A stretch of 64,000 nt of DNA, from assembly GCA_036172245.1 (NCBI GenBank), contig JAYWIR010000005.1, forward strand, positions 2,976,001-3,040,000, given 5' to 3'. Each line of letters begins with the position of its first letter. Position 1 is the first letter of the stretch. Below, one piece after another: positions 22,901-35,348 of this stretch. Both the position numbers and the translations under genes were made by a program. The stretch comes from Raillietiella orientalis (lineage: Eukaryota). The notes beneath the pieces were generated by a model that searched no databases, was not told the DNA's origin, and saw only the letters and a list, made by a program, of their open reading frames with translations.

Positions 22901-25900
22901 TACATAGTCACACCAAATACTCGTTCCTTATTAATTCACAGATAGAGTTCCTGAGCAGAAAGACATTTTAAGTGATTCTTAAAGATTGGAAATTTGTGCT
23001 TTTTTATGAGCACAGTATGTCATTAATTGTGACTGCACTCTTGTGAGCTGCAAGACGAGACAAGGACGGTACTCACTCACCATCCCTCGTCTCTTGTTCT
23101 CCGTTTTCGAAATGCCTTTTCACGAACTTTGACCACCTCAGTCGGGAGGAATTTCCAAAAGCGCAAAATCATCGAGCCATATGAACTCATGAAACTTATC
23201 GAATCATCTGTAATTCATCTGCATCCCGGAACAATAATGTGCTCTGTTGGCAATTTTCTGGAAGAAAGCATGAGCCATCTTCAAGATGATCCGAAACTCT
23301 CATCCATGACGAGCTTGTTGGATATTCTAGTTGGTAACACTCCAAGTCACAGTACAGTACAAGTTTGTATAACTGAGGGAATACGTTCCGTGCTATACAA
23401 CTCTGCGCTGTGCCATCCCTATGGGTTGTACATGTGATTGTATTGATAAAAGATACAAAATGTTCCCTAAACTTTATGGCATTAGAATATTTACTGTGTC
23501 ACTTTAAAATGGAAGGACAAAAATTGGAAACGTTTCTGATTTAGGTAAAATTAGGAAAAAAAAATCTCTTGGAGTTTTCTAGAGTTTTATCAAATGGAAC
23601 AATCCTACAGCTTCGTGTCTGTCTTCAGCAACGAGAACATCTCCATCTTCTCGTTGTTGGAAGATGTATCAAAAATTTGGGTGGAATGGAATTTGGCCCA
23701 CTCACCTCCGCATCGTGCTCTTTTAAACAGCAGACGCTGTGCTCCGCGAAATCGAAACCCATCCGAAGCGTTGTTAGGAGACGACGGACCCCTGTCCTCA
23801 CTTTTTCGTCTGACCGCACAGGTGGTCCACCGCATTCAAAATTTGCAGGGAAAACCGCTCGAACGGAGAAGCGGGTGTTCGACTTCTCTCCGGTCGCGCA
23901 ACACGCAGCACACATCTACGTGTGGCGTACGCAAGAAATAAAGGATTCGGTTACAGAAATGACCATTCGACCTCGCACTTGACGCGTTTCGCATTTTTCG
24001 TATTTCCTCGTTTCTTCAACGCTTGGGATCGTATGTTTCGTTCCTTTGCCCGTTCCGTGACGCAACCACACAGAGCACGTGTGTGGCGCACCGCGTCGGA
24101 AACACCAAGTCTTCCGCTGCCAGCAGTTGGCAGTCACTCCCATCACAGCGGACGGAGGAAGATCATTGAGGGCTCTAGAAGGCGTGCCAACCAACTCCGA
24201 GGGGAATTCGTCCGAAGACTGAGCTCTCGAGTTGGTGCCCTCGCCGATCGGCTGGAAGGCAATCCCGCTGTAGCATTAACCCTGTCCTTCAGGCGATGCA
24301 TGTGGAATCTGTGAGACATTGACGTTGAAAAATTAACTGCGAGATCTTTCCCGCAGCACCGATCATTAACTATGGGATTGCAGGAACGACTTCAGAAAGT
24401 ATCCGGGAGTTCGCCCCACCTTGCTCGTGAAGTGCCTCCAGAGGAAATTCGACTCCTGTGGAAACTCCTCTGCGAACCCGAGGGAGATATCCTGCAGGAG
24501 TCGACCTAGAGGTTCCAGATAGCCGTGTTGCCTCTTGTTGCAGCACTGTTCGCCCTCAGGGTAAACAATGGCAGCAGCCAACAGGCATGGTGGGGGGTGC
24601 CCTGCAGCAAGGCAGGAGTTGAGAAACTCCTGGGCGGATGCAAGACGAGCGAGTTAGTGAACGCTACCACTCATTCCTGGGCGAAGGGGCTCCTCCGGTG
24701 GATGACCCGCTTGGTGTGCCCTTCGAAGGACTCACGGTCTCTTCCCTGAATCCGGACACCTCCGTGTTCCCGCTCCGTTGGAAACGGAAGGTCGCGCAGT
24801 TTCTGCACTGGGGGCTCCGCAAGTGCAACCAGCTCAGGCACCTGGTTCCGCGACTGTTTGAAATGAGGGGCGATAGAATCGTTCCCGCATCTTCTGTTGG
24901 ACTGGGGGACTTATGGCGGAGACCGGCCTCGGCGCTCCGCAACCCGGAAGACACCAAGAACTTGCTGCGACTGCCCTCTTTCACGTAAGGCAGGCTGACG
25001 GCAGTCGCCGCGATTGCAACGATCTCTTGTGCCTCCGTGCCATCGTCTCAGCCTGCTCCTTGGTGGAGCCTCGTTCTTAGCAAAGGGAGGCAACCAGCAT
25101 GGGAGCTGATCGAGACGGTTGCAAGATGGCCTCACCTGCCATAAGAATTCATGAGACAGATCGCCTCCATATAGAACCAAGGAAGGATTTATGCCGAGGA
25201 CGTCCTACTCTCCTGTATTTTTCTATTGAGTTTTTGTCTTCTTCCTCCGTTCCCTACTTTTCTAGAAGCCAGCCTACGTGCTAGGGGTCATCCCCAATTA
25301 ACTTTTCTTGTGGGCATCTTTTGTATTCAGGAGACCTTGTTCCCCTGATTTATCGTTTTTGTATTTTTACATAAACGTTCTGGCGTGACCGGGTACAAAC
25401 CAGAAAGCATTTTAGCAACGAATTTGAAAACAGAAATAATTTAGGGAAAAGTAAATCCTATCTGAAGACTGAGATTTCCATACAGGTGAAATAGTAACCT
25501 CTAGAAAAAAATCGTATACACGGAGGAACATGGCGATGAAGATTTCATGAATTGGAGATGGTTCTGCTGATTTCCTCTACTGAGTCATCCAGGTATTCCA
25601 AGTAACGCGTCCCATAATGGCTTGTGTATTCATTTGAGGACGTGAGTGGTTTTGCAAATCATTTGTCATCAGTAGCGAGGATGAGAAAACGAGAAATCTT
25701 GAAGCAGGGTGCCCATAATATAAGCACAAATTTGGGATCGAAACGAGAAACGCCATTTTACCAGACAGTCCGAAGGCCATCTCGATGTGCATTTTTCAGT
25801 TTAATTAGAGGAAATTAATGCTTGTTTGATTGCTCGTCGGTGTAAAGGGATGTACGCGACCAATGTAAATCTATTAAGTTTTGTTGGAGCTGGTAGCGGT

Positions 25901-28900
25901 AAAAGCAATCACAAAGATGACGAATAGGAGGAACCCAAGCGAAAAAGAACAAAATACCTGAAGAAAGATACATTCTGATCCAGAATAGATTTTCTTAGCT
26001 GGAGATGGTCGTTGAGTTCTTTCCACGCTTTTCCTAAGCTCTCTGCCATGGCAGCATAGACCTCTGCCTTTGGTTTTTGACTTACTATAAGTTGATCAGC
26101 TTCTTGAAGCAACTCTTCTACAGGGACTCGACGTTTCTAAATAAAAAAAAATGCCAAATCAGACTTTCGCAACATCGTACGAGAATGAAATCTCCCGTCA
26201 TCTCTCAAGACATCAAAAAACACCATTAATACAGAATTATCATTCAAAAAAGCACCACATAAGTGCTATATTTGCTTTGTGATCATTTCAGCATTCTTTT
26301 AAAAAGGTCGCTTTTTTCTTTTTTTTATTCATCATTCTAGTCCAAACCGCTAGTACTCGTATGAAATTGGCAGAAACTCCAGTTCTTTTTATATAGGAAC
26401 TGTTCTTGAAGAATCATGAGAGATCAATGTTACTATAGGGAATCATTACGTGATCATGGAAAACTCAACATCCTAATCTTTGTAGGAGAAGCCCCTTTTT
26501 TTTTTTCCGGCCTATTTCCGAAGTAAAAGCTTTTCATTCAGCAGTCAATTCCTCTGCAGTCAATCAGATGAACCCATGATTCAACAGGTGTACAGCCCCC
26601 AGGTACGAAGGAAAATGTTTATGAGACAGATAATGGTACTTTGTTCGGGAGCATTGTTTTCAGGAACGATCTCACCCTTTTCCCGATGATTTTCATGGCC
26701 ACATACATACATGCATGCATATGTGTATCTGAGGAAGTCAGCGCATCTTGATTTTGGCTGCCTTGCAACATCAGAGATGAATCAGGGACTGTCATCTCAG
26801 AAGAAAAGCTTGTACCTGTTAAGAGGGGAAGAATTCTCCTTCGTCCTTCACCTCCTCTTATGCTCCAGGCAGCTTCGTTATCCAAGAAATCAAAGGCAAT
26901 TCGGACCCAACACCCTTTCATTTCCATTGTCCTGTTGTACTGCGTGCTTTGCTAACGTGCATCGCTCATCCTTCGAGCTGAGGTGTACAGAGATTCTGTA
27001 TTTCATTCTCCCAATTTGGCTGCTACTGCGCGACTGCTTTGGTAGGCAAGAAATCAAACGGTAACCTCGTCCGCTATAGCATGCGACCTGAATTTATTGA
27101 CGTACGTGGGTCTTGCACAAGAGACATAAACTGTGACCCGACAAGAACCACTAGTGTTACCGGTTTACGGCGACAGGAAACACGCTGAAGATTCACCGTC
27201 AAGAAAGCATCACGTATCTCGTTGCCGGAATGCAAAATAGTTCAGGAGGCTCCCACAATAGGGAGTGGCCGTTTGCAATGAAAAACTCATGGACCACGCT
27301 TAACCCTTCCATTTCTTGAACCGTCCTAAGCTATATGCGTATAGGCTCGCGTCTCAAGACGTGCCTGAAAGGCATGAGCTCCTCCTTGCTCGCATTAAAG
27401 AGAACAAATGAAGACAACGTTGTTGTTTATGAGAGTTGTGACCCATCCACCCAAGAGAGATCGTCATGTTCCCAGACGAGCAGGCACATTCCATGGAAGG
27501 ATACGAGGAACAGCCTAGACGTGATGGTGCAATGAGATCCGAAGAACGCTTGCATCAACGATTCCCTCCCTTTTATAGAGAATACTACGCAAAGACGCTG
27601 CGGCCAGGCCGTGGTAACGGCCCGTGGAACCAGAGCTCTCAGGAACCGCAACCGAAGGACGTTTCGCTACAGAAGAAGGATTTAACCACGTGACTCTCGC
27701 GCAACGAGCTTGTCTAAGGGAGGATCCTGGGAGATGGAGAGGAAGACGCATCGCTTAACCGCCATGGTTTGTGCTCCCGTGAAGCTCTTGATGGATGTGA
27801 ACATTGCGTGCAATGGTCCCTCTATGAAGTTCGAACCAGCTCAGCGGTCTTCTTGGCGCAGCCTACCGGCCTCGCGTCCGCAATCCCAAAAGATACGCGC
27901 CGAAGCACTTGAAACAAATGGATTGATGCTTAGGCATTCTCCGGGGGGGAGGACAGGAGTGGGGCTACTACTTGGAAAGATTTTCGTTCCTCTTGGCCGA
28001 AACACGGCAAGAACCGGAGTTGTTGGCTCATCACGTAACCTGCTTGATTTTCGAGAAATCATTTTTTTGCGCATGTGATCTACTCAAACTGAACTACCAT
28101 CTCGAAACGAAACTGGGCAATCCATTAGCTTGGTATTCTTCCGTAGGCCGAATGGAAATCCTCAAGAACCACTGATCGGTTGCTCTTAATTTGCTCTCTG
28201 ATCCGATGTGCAATTTCTCAAGCGAGCTTTGGCAGCTGTGGGAAGCGCGCTTCTGCATTAGGTGCATGCGTGTGGGTGGATGGGAGAACCTAAGAAGAAT
28301 TCTTCTATCCGTAGCAAGGGAAGAACTGCTGAATGTCATTGCGATGCGAGGAAAGTGGGAGCACCGTCAACCAGCTTCGCCTCGTGTCCCTCCTACAATC
28401 TCGATAAAGCCTCTGCAATCCTCTAGGGGGTATTCAACTTCAGCAATGTTCACGTTAACAGCGTGCATGCAAATCACTTCAGCCATCACATGCTCCCATC
28501 AGAGGTCACCTCATGTCTTCGCTTGTGTGCTTCGATGGTAGAGAAGCATCAAGAAGGAAATGAACCGTCGTGAAGGGCGATTTGCTCCAGGAGCGCGCGA
28601 ACACGTGCCGCGATTCCCGAAAGGAGATTCAAGACCAGCCGCCACTATCCCGTGGATTGCTACAGAGGCAGGAGCCGGCGAGGAGCACAAAGGCTCATAT
28701 TCCAGGTTTTGAACCTCTTCCAAAGGGAGCGGAAATCGGCTAAATTCCAGAGCTCACCCCACTTCGCTGCATAGAGGGAATTTCCTGCGTTCAGCTCCAG
28801 AATACCGGATGCCACAGGGCCGAGAGCAGTAAGGATGCAGAAGGCTGTGAGTGGGTGACACCGTAGTGACCAGGGTTCTACTCGCATCATGCCAGGAATG

Positions 28901-31900
28901 GCTGACAGAACGTGGCCAGGAGCGCAGAGTGCAATCCGCTCGAATCTCGGCGACGACTTTTGCAGCCGCTGAAGCCAGCCGTAGAAAGAGAGTGAAAAGA
29001 ACCGATGGGACGTTCGTTTCCCTGCATGCTACAAGATGAACCAGGAGATTCTTCTAGAACGACAGTGTAAGAGCAGCAGTCTAGTGGGGCGATTCAGCAG
29101 CAAAGTAGCAATGGTGCAGCAGTCTATCGGAGACAGCTGCTTCTGACCTCCTCAGTGCCAGACGGAGATTTTTTGGCTGAGCAAGTCTCGACTCCGCTTC
29201 GCTCTGAATGGGTTTGCTAGTTGCCACTGCCCGAAGAGAGCACTAGACGTGTTCCATGGAAAGTCTGAGCGGTTTCAAAGTAGACACTCTCTTTCAGGAA
29301 GATCCTTTTCTCGTTGAGGGGGGAATTCAAAAAAGCAGTGTAGCCAAGCGGGGTAACTGAAGCATTCGGCAAAGACGAGGAAAATCAGCAGTGATGAGAG
29401 GGGCCGTGGAGAGTTCCGGGGGATGTAGAGAATCTTTGGTCGATTCTTCCCTTGATCGGCGCGCTCGCGTAGCGCGAGCCTGAAGAACTGCCGGCCTTCC
29501 AAGGTTTGCCCACAGCGCCTCAAACTGGGTTTTCCGTGCTCATCTGCAGGCACCTCTCCCGTTCTCAGAGAATGTCACGTGCTTTTCCTTACATCATCTG
29601 CGACTTCCGGTAGCGAGATTGCAAAAGCGGTCAGTAGCAAGTTCCGCTGCCTAGGGAACCACTTGCATTTCCTCCGTCGTTTTAAACCTCAAGAGTCAGT
29701 AGAGATCTTCTCTACCCTCCACCCTTGCCTTTCCCCCCTCTACAAATACGGGTAGCTTTTTCTCTACCTCTCAGTAGGGATGACGAATGCACGTTGTTTT
29801 CGCACATTCGGATCAAATCGCAAGCATCAGGAACCTCGATTATGGAGGATACCCAACATTTAGATTTCGGAACATCTATTGATGGCTTGCTGAAGGAAAA
29901 CGAGCAGTTCCGAATTCTCTGTTTCATTTTATCGCTTATGCAAAGCAAGAAAAATAATAAAAAATAAACCGATAACGAAAGAAGTGAGAAGTGCTGCTTC
30001 GAAAGCACGATGTCATTCCCTCTGAGGAAGTCTTTTTGTCGGTCCCCATGATGAAATGAACCAATCTTTGTCACAGCCTGACGCCTGAGATCAGTCCAGC
30101 TCCCAAATTACCTGCAATTCGTTCATTACATGTTGATGAGATTCCTGCAGCCTGATGGCTTTTTCGAGTGTATCACCCAGCAACGCCAGCTGTGGCTCGA
30201 GGTCAGTGAATTTCAGCTGGATCCATCCATTGCACTGGAAATGGTAAGCAGAATTACAAACAAGGAACCATCGGGAACAGCAGCAACGCAAACAGCGCGG
30301 CGCAGAGCGCATTCTCGCCTCTTGCGGGAGATGCACAAACCGGGAGAGGAGCTCGAGAGAGCCACGTCCTTTAAGAACATTTCCCATAATTCAAACTGTA
30401 AAGTCGCGCTCGTGACCCCGATCGAGAAGCGACCAACGAAGCAATGGGTTCGGTCCAACTGCTCCTGGTAAGATCCCTCTAGAGCTCTTCCCGTTGAATC
30501 TCATCCCTTAAGTGGGATTTTCTTCTTTTTCGACTGGCATTTCGCCTGTGATTGCAACTGTCTTCTGACCTTCGTCAGTAGTGCTGCCTCCAGGATCAGG
30601 AATTCTGGCCTAACAGCCTCCTCAGTAACGTATACTGTGACACTGCACAGTAGCATTTTTCCTGTGGCCATTCCATAAGCGTCGATCGCGCTTCCTGATC
30701 AGCTGCCAAGGACTTCGGTACCCAGTGTCGGAAGTGATTCACACCGGTTATGAACCGAGGCACGTGTGCCAGCCATCCTGAGATGCAACAGCGCTTTCTC
30801 TTCCTGAGGAAATACACCTGCAAATCATCCTCATCCCAACTTCATTCATTCCATTCGTATCAATCGTTTGTCTCACTTTGGCCATGCGGATGGAGGACTT
30901 TCAGTCGAACAAGACCAACGGATTCCCTTCGCAGACCCAGAAACTCTAGCTGACTGAATAACTTCGGACTGATTTTCAACGGTCTCAAATCGACGACTTA
31001 TCTTTCAAGTGTCTGCCTTATCAGCTGTCGATGGTAGGTTATGCACTTACCATGGGTGTAACGGGAAACTAGGAATCAGGGTCCGATCCTAGAGAACCCG
31101 TGCTCGAGTCTTTTTTGAAGGAAGATCTTCCTTAGACCTGACCAGCGGATCTAAGGAAGATTTTCCTTCAAAAAAGACCACAAGTTTTGTTCGCATCCAC
31201 TTTTTTGCATGCGACGCGACGCAGTGGAAGTTCCTTTTGCTTGCCAACTCATCAGCAGCGTCTCCACAGAGACTGAGAACACAAAAGAGGGAGGAATTCA
31301 CGTCTGCAGACCAAGTGTTTACGCAAAAGGTAAAGAGGACCACGGTTTCGCTTAGCAAATCTTTGTCGATGTGCATTCTTAGGGTACGACTCATTACTGT
31401 CAAGAGGAAAGGATGACAATGGAGCTCAGTTCTCAAGAGCACCGAAGTCCACGATTTTCTTCATCAAAGTCCTTCTTTCTAGCACCTCAACCTCACCTTC
31501 ACTGCTGCGAGAATGCAAGGAGTCCTAAATGAGTCATGCTCAAGCTCGCTCACGACGCTTCTTTTTGAGGTGCGCTCTTTTGACTAGTATGTCGGTGTCT
31601 GAGAGACATTTTTGTCCACCGTTTTATGATAACTGTAAAGATGCGAGGCGGCTTTCATTCAGCAGAGACTACTGGAACTCGTCTTCTGCTGGGTCTCTGT
31701 TGGTCAACGAGAGATATTGGAATGCTAGTTTAGAATTGGAAATACATCTGATCTTCACTTCGATAAGTTTTTTCCTCAAGTTTTCATCTGAGAAAGGGAC
31801 GAATCAAACTTAGTGATGATCAGTCTCACGAAGCTGACCTTCACTTTGCAAACTGACCAATTGTTTATCAGTGACTCCTATAGAATGTTGTCAATACACG

Positions 31901-34900
31901 ACAACGAAAATCGGCGTTTAAGGCAGTGGATTCTTCGCATTGTGGACAAGAAAGACAGCGGTTCGTCTGCTATCTCGTGGACAGAAAGCGAAAAGGTTGC
32001 TGCCGAAGGCATCTATTCATCTTATGTATTGCCCGATTTAGCCATCTGTTGAGGTTCATCACGTTCGGTGGAGTTTCCACTGTGCGATTCCATTAGTCAG
32101 CTAGACGAGCCCTGTGAGACGCCCTGGTCGGGAACGCCAAAGACGTCAATCAGCATCCAATGTGTTCAAAAGATATGTGAAAATCAAAAGAAAATTCTGG
32201 AATCTTCTTGTTTTGCTTCCTCTGAGTTTGCGATGTTTACCACAGAAGCGGAGGGTTCTTTGCCGTTTGCCCGCTGGATGTTTATTACTACCCCAGGAAA
32301 TAAAGTGACCAGCGTGGATAAAACTGAGAACGGAGAAAGGCAACAAGTTTGTCTACATTCGTCGCCAACTACTTCCTCAGCAAAATAATTGTGTGCAAAA
32401 ATCTGCACGTAACTATCTTTGGTACCATCATCCGGCAAAGGAATTGGTGAAAGTGTGTGTCTTGGAAGGAACCCATGATGGTTTAAACGCAATTTGATTT
32501 AAACGGGTAATTTGTGTAAAGGAAGCCCTGCTCAGAAGTCATGTCATTGAAGCAACCTATAGAAGGACCGGGTCGAGACCTAGCAGTCGAGCAGCCTGAT
32601 CTCGTGGCCGTGGTCGAGGGGAGGAGCAAAGAAGTTCCCCAATTGCTGGTCTGAGCATCACAAACATAAGCCATTCTGCAAGAAAGCAGAGAGATTCTGC
32701 TAAATACGGTCACTTCCAAGAATCTGTTTCTCCTTGTCTTATCGAAGAGGACCCTCAAAAAAGTTCAGGAGGTCCTTAATAAACTCTGTGGATATCTGAA
32801 TCATCCTGATGTTCTGTTCTATGGAGGCGTGAGGTTCCCATTGCAATTATGTTACTGAAACATCTTTCAAATTGTTTTCACCATGATCAATAAATCAGTT
32901 TTTGTAAAATAAATAAATTTACACTACTCAGTTCATTAGTTAATGAGACTTTTTCAGCTCAGAATGTGATCAGCAATGCTGTCGCTTGTTTGGACAAAGC
33001 ACACAGAAAAGCCAACGTTGCCAGGAGTTTTTTTCGAAGAGCGTACAAGTGATACAATGAAGAGGAAATAGAGATGAAACCTAAGATGACAAGCATTTGG
33101 AAACAAAATGTCCGCTCAGTTATCTCGCTCTTCAAGGACAATAATCTCTCTCTTGGGCAGATGAAGAAGAAATTCTGTGGCACTGATAGCCATGGAATGT
33201 AGAGGCAATTTTGCCCTCGTTTTTTGTGAGCCTGCTCTATTGCAGCCTAATTATCATCACATTTCCTGAGATGAATATTTCCTGGATAAGCGAATGACGG
33301 AGTATTCCTCTAAATGAGTACGGAAACAGTAACGCAGGCTCCGATGTGTGGTAAATTGCTCAGTCGAGGGCTTAAATTAAATAGAAGGAGTGAGTCAAAT
33401 TCCCTTGTTTCCAGGAATATTCAGTTTTTTGTATATTGTAATATCATGGAAATTTTCGGTTCGCCTTCATCTGTGAGCGGAGATCTATGACTCTCTCGAC
33501 TGAACCTGACTTGGCCTTCTTTATGTCGATGCCGATAGATTTGCTCGAACCGATCTAAAGCATGTGATCAAACCTTCAGATTGTGAGCACAATCTTGCTC
33601 CTCCTTGCCGCCAAGTCTTCCTGATTTCCCCGGATTCTGGTCATCACAGATTATTTTTCATAATTGTTCATCTCCTCAAAACGGGAGTGCTTTTCCATAG
33701 TCGTGCAAATGATAAATACTGAAGTATAGCATCTGGTATATACCTTTGCATCCATAAACTAGCTCACTGCACGAAGGATAGAAAATTTCTTCTATTGGAC
33801 GACATGAACTCTATCAAAGAGCGCCCAAGCGGAGCAACTCGGAACTAAACACAGCTCCTGGAAGTGCTTCCTTTGACAATTCCGTTTTTTAGCGGAATGA
33901 CGAATCCAATAAAGTTCAGTGAATTTCGACAAAGTTCTTCATGAGCAGAAGATGTCGCTAAAGACTTGCCATTTTTTTTTGATACAGAAGTAATTACTTT
34001 GAAGAGCGCCGGTAATTTTAATGTCGTAATTTAATAATTTAAAGTCTAGTAGCGTGTAGCAAATCGTCCGTACTATCTGAGTCCATATTAGATTTTTCTA
34101 CGGGCAAAGATTCAGTTGAATTGAACGAGGAAAAGTTTCCTCCTGGAAACTGTGCTCGTTCTCAGGAGCGTTGGCAGAACGTTCCCGAAAGTGGACGATC
34201 TGCTTCTTTTGAAAAGTTAATTGACCATAATCAGATAGATTCCACTGCGTTCCAAAACAGTGAGAAAAAACTACAAGAGCCCTTGGAAGTTGAAATTTAG
34301 TTGTAAAAGGTTCCCGAAATTTTTTTCCATATTACTTCGCTGAGAAGAAAAGAAGAGATCAAAGGAAGCTACGGAGGAACATTTCAGAGAAATCTAGCAA
34401 CCACGATTACATATTCTCATCGTTTCCCCGCATCCATGCAAATGTGCTCAAATCGAACTCAACAAAATTTTCCAGAATGCGGTCAAAACGCGGTAAAGGA
34501 ATGGTCTCGAAAAAAGGTTATGGAATTCTTGGGCATCTCCAGGAATTCGCATCACTGCAATGCGTTTTCTCGTTTCAGGAGTCCCAAAGAACAAATTCAG
34601 AATTTCGGGGAATACGAGATGGTTGCCTTGTTTCGCAGGTTTCCGTTCCTTTTCTCAAGAGTCAGAAATGCATTGCCTAGTCCTTCATGCAATCCGGTGG
34701 ACAAGAGCATTTCCCAACTCATTTTGGTGGATCGGCTACACATTTAGCGAAGTGGACGGCACAGCCACGGCAAGATCGCATCACATTTCTTCATGTGATG
34801 TCTCCCGCATTTCTTTTTCAAGAGTGCGCTTGATTTTTCGACGCAGATTCATCCCTGGTCAGCTGCTGAAATGCCTGGAAGATGGAACACAGCAGTGACG

Positions 34901-35310
34901 CGCAAGGGATGCGGAAAGTAAATGGAACATCGGGAAAATAAACAAATTATGGTTACTCCAATGAACTCATTGGAAAACCAGGATTTGCTTGCATAGTATT
35001 CGTGAAACACGGAAAGGAAGAAACTTACAGACACCAGTTTGATTGCTTAACTGAACCGAGGGAAAACGAATGAATTAGATCGAAAATTGGTTCATGAGAA
35101 GCTCAACTCGCCATCTATGAGAAGTTGAAGGAATTAAGTTCCTGAGCTTCATTGTCTGCAGTTCTATGTGAGCAACGTGTTTCCAAGTCATTTTTCAACC
35201 TGTGGTATTGGAATTTCGTAATTAATGTCAAAGCTTGGTTATTTAGATCCCAGATTTCATGCAGCCGTAAATTTTAAATGAAATATCCGAGATGATGTTT
35301 TATTCCTTTT

Positions 35311-35348
<38 letters not shown>

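Noticed and set aside
27466..27693. Short plus-strand protein-like ORF in intron 2
   Set aside because: Could not be linked to other exons or any family; evidence too thin.
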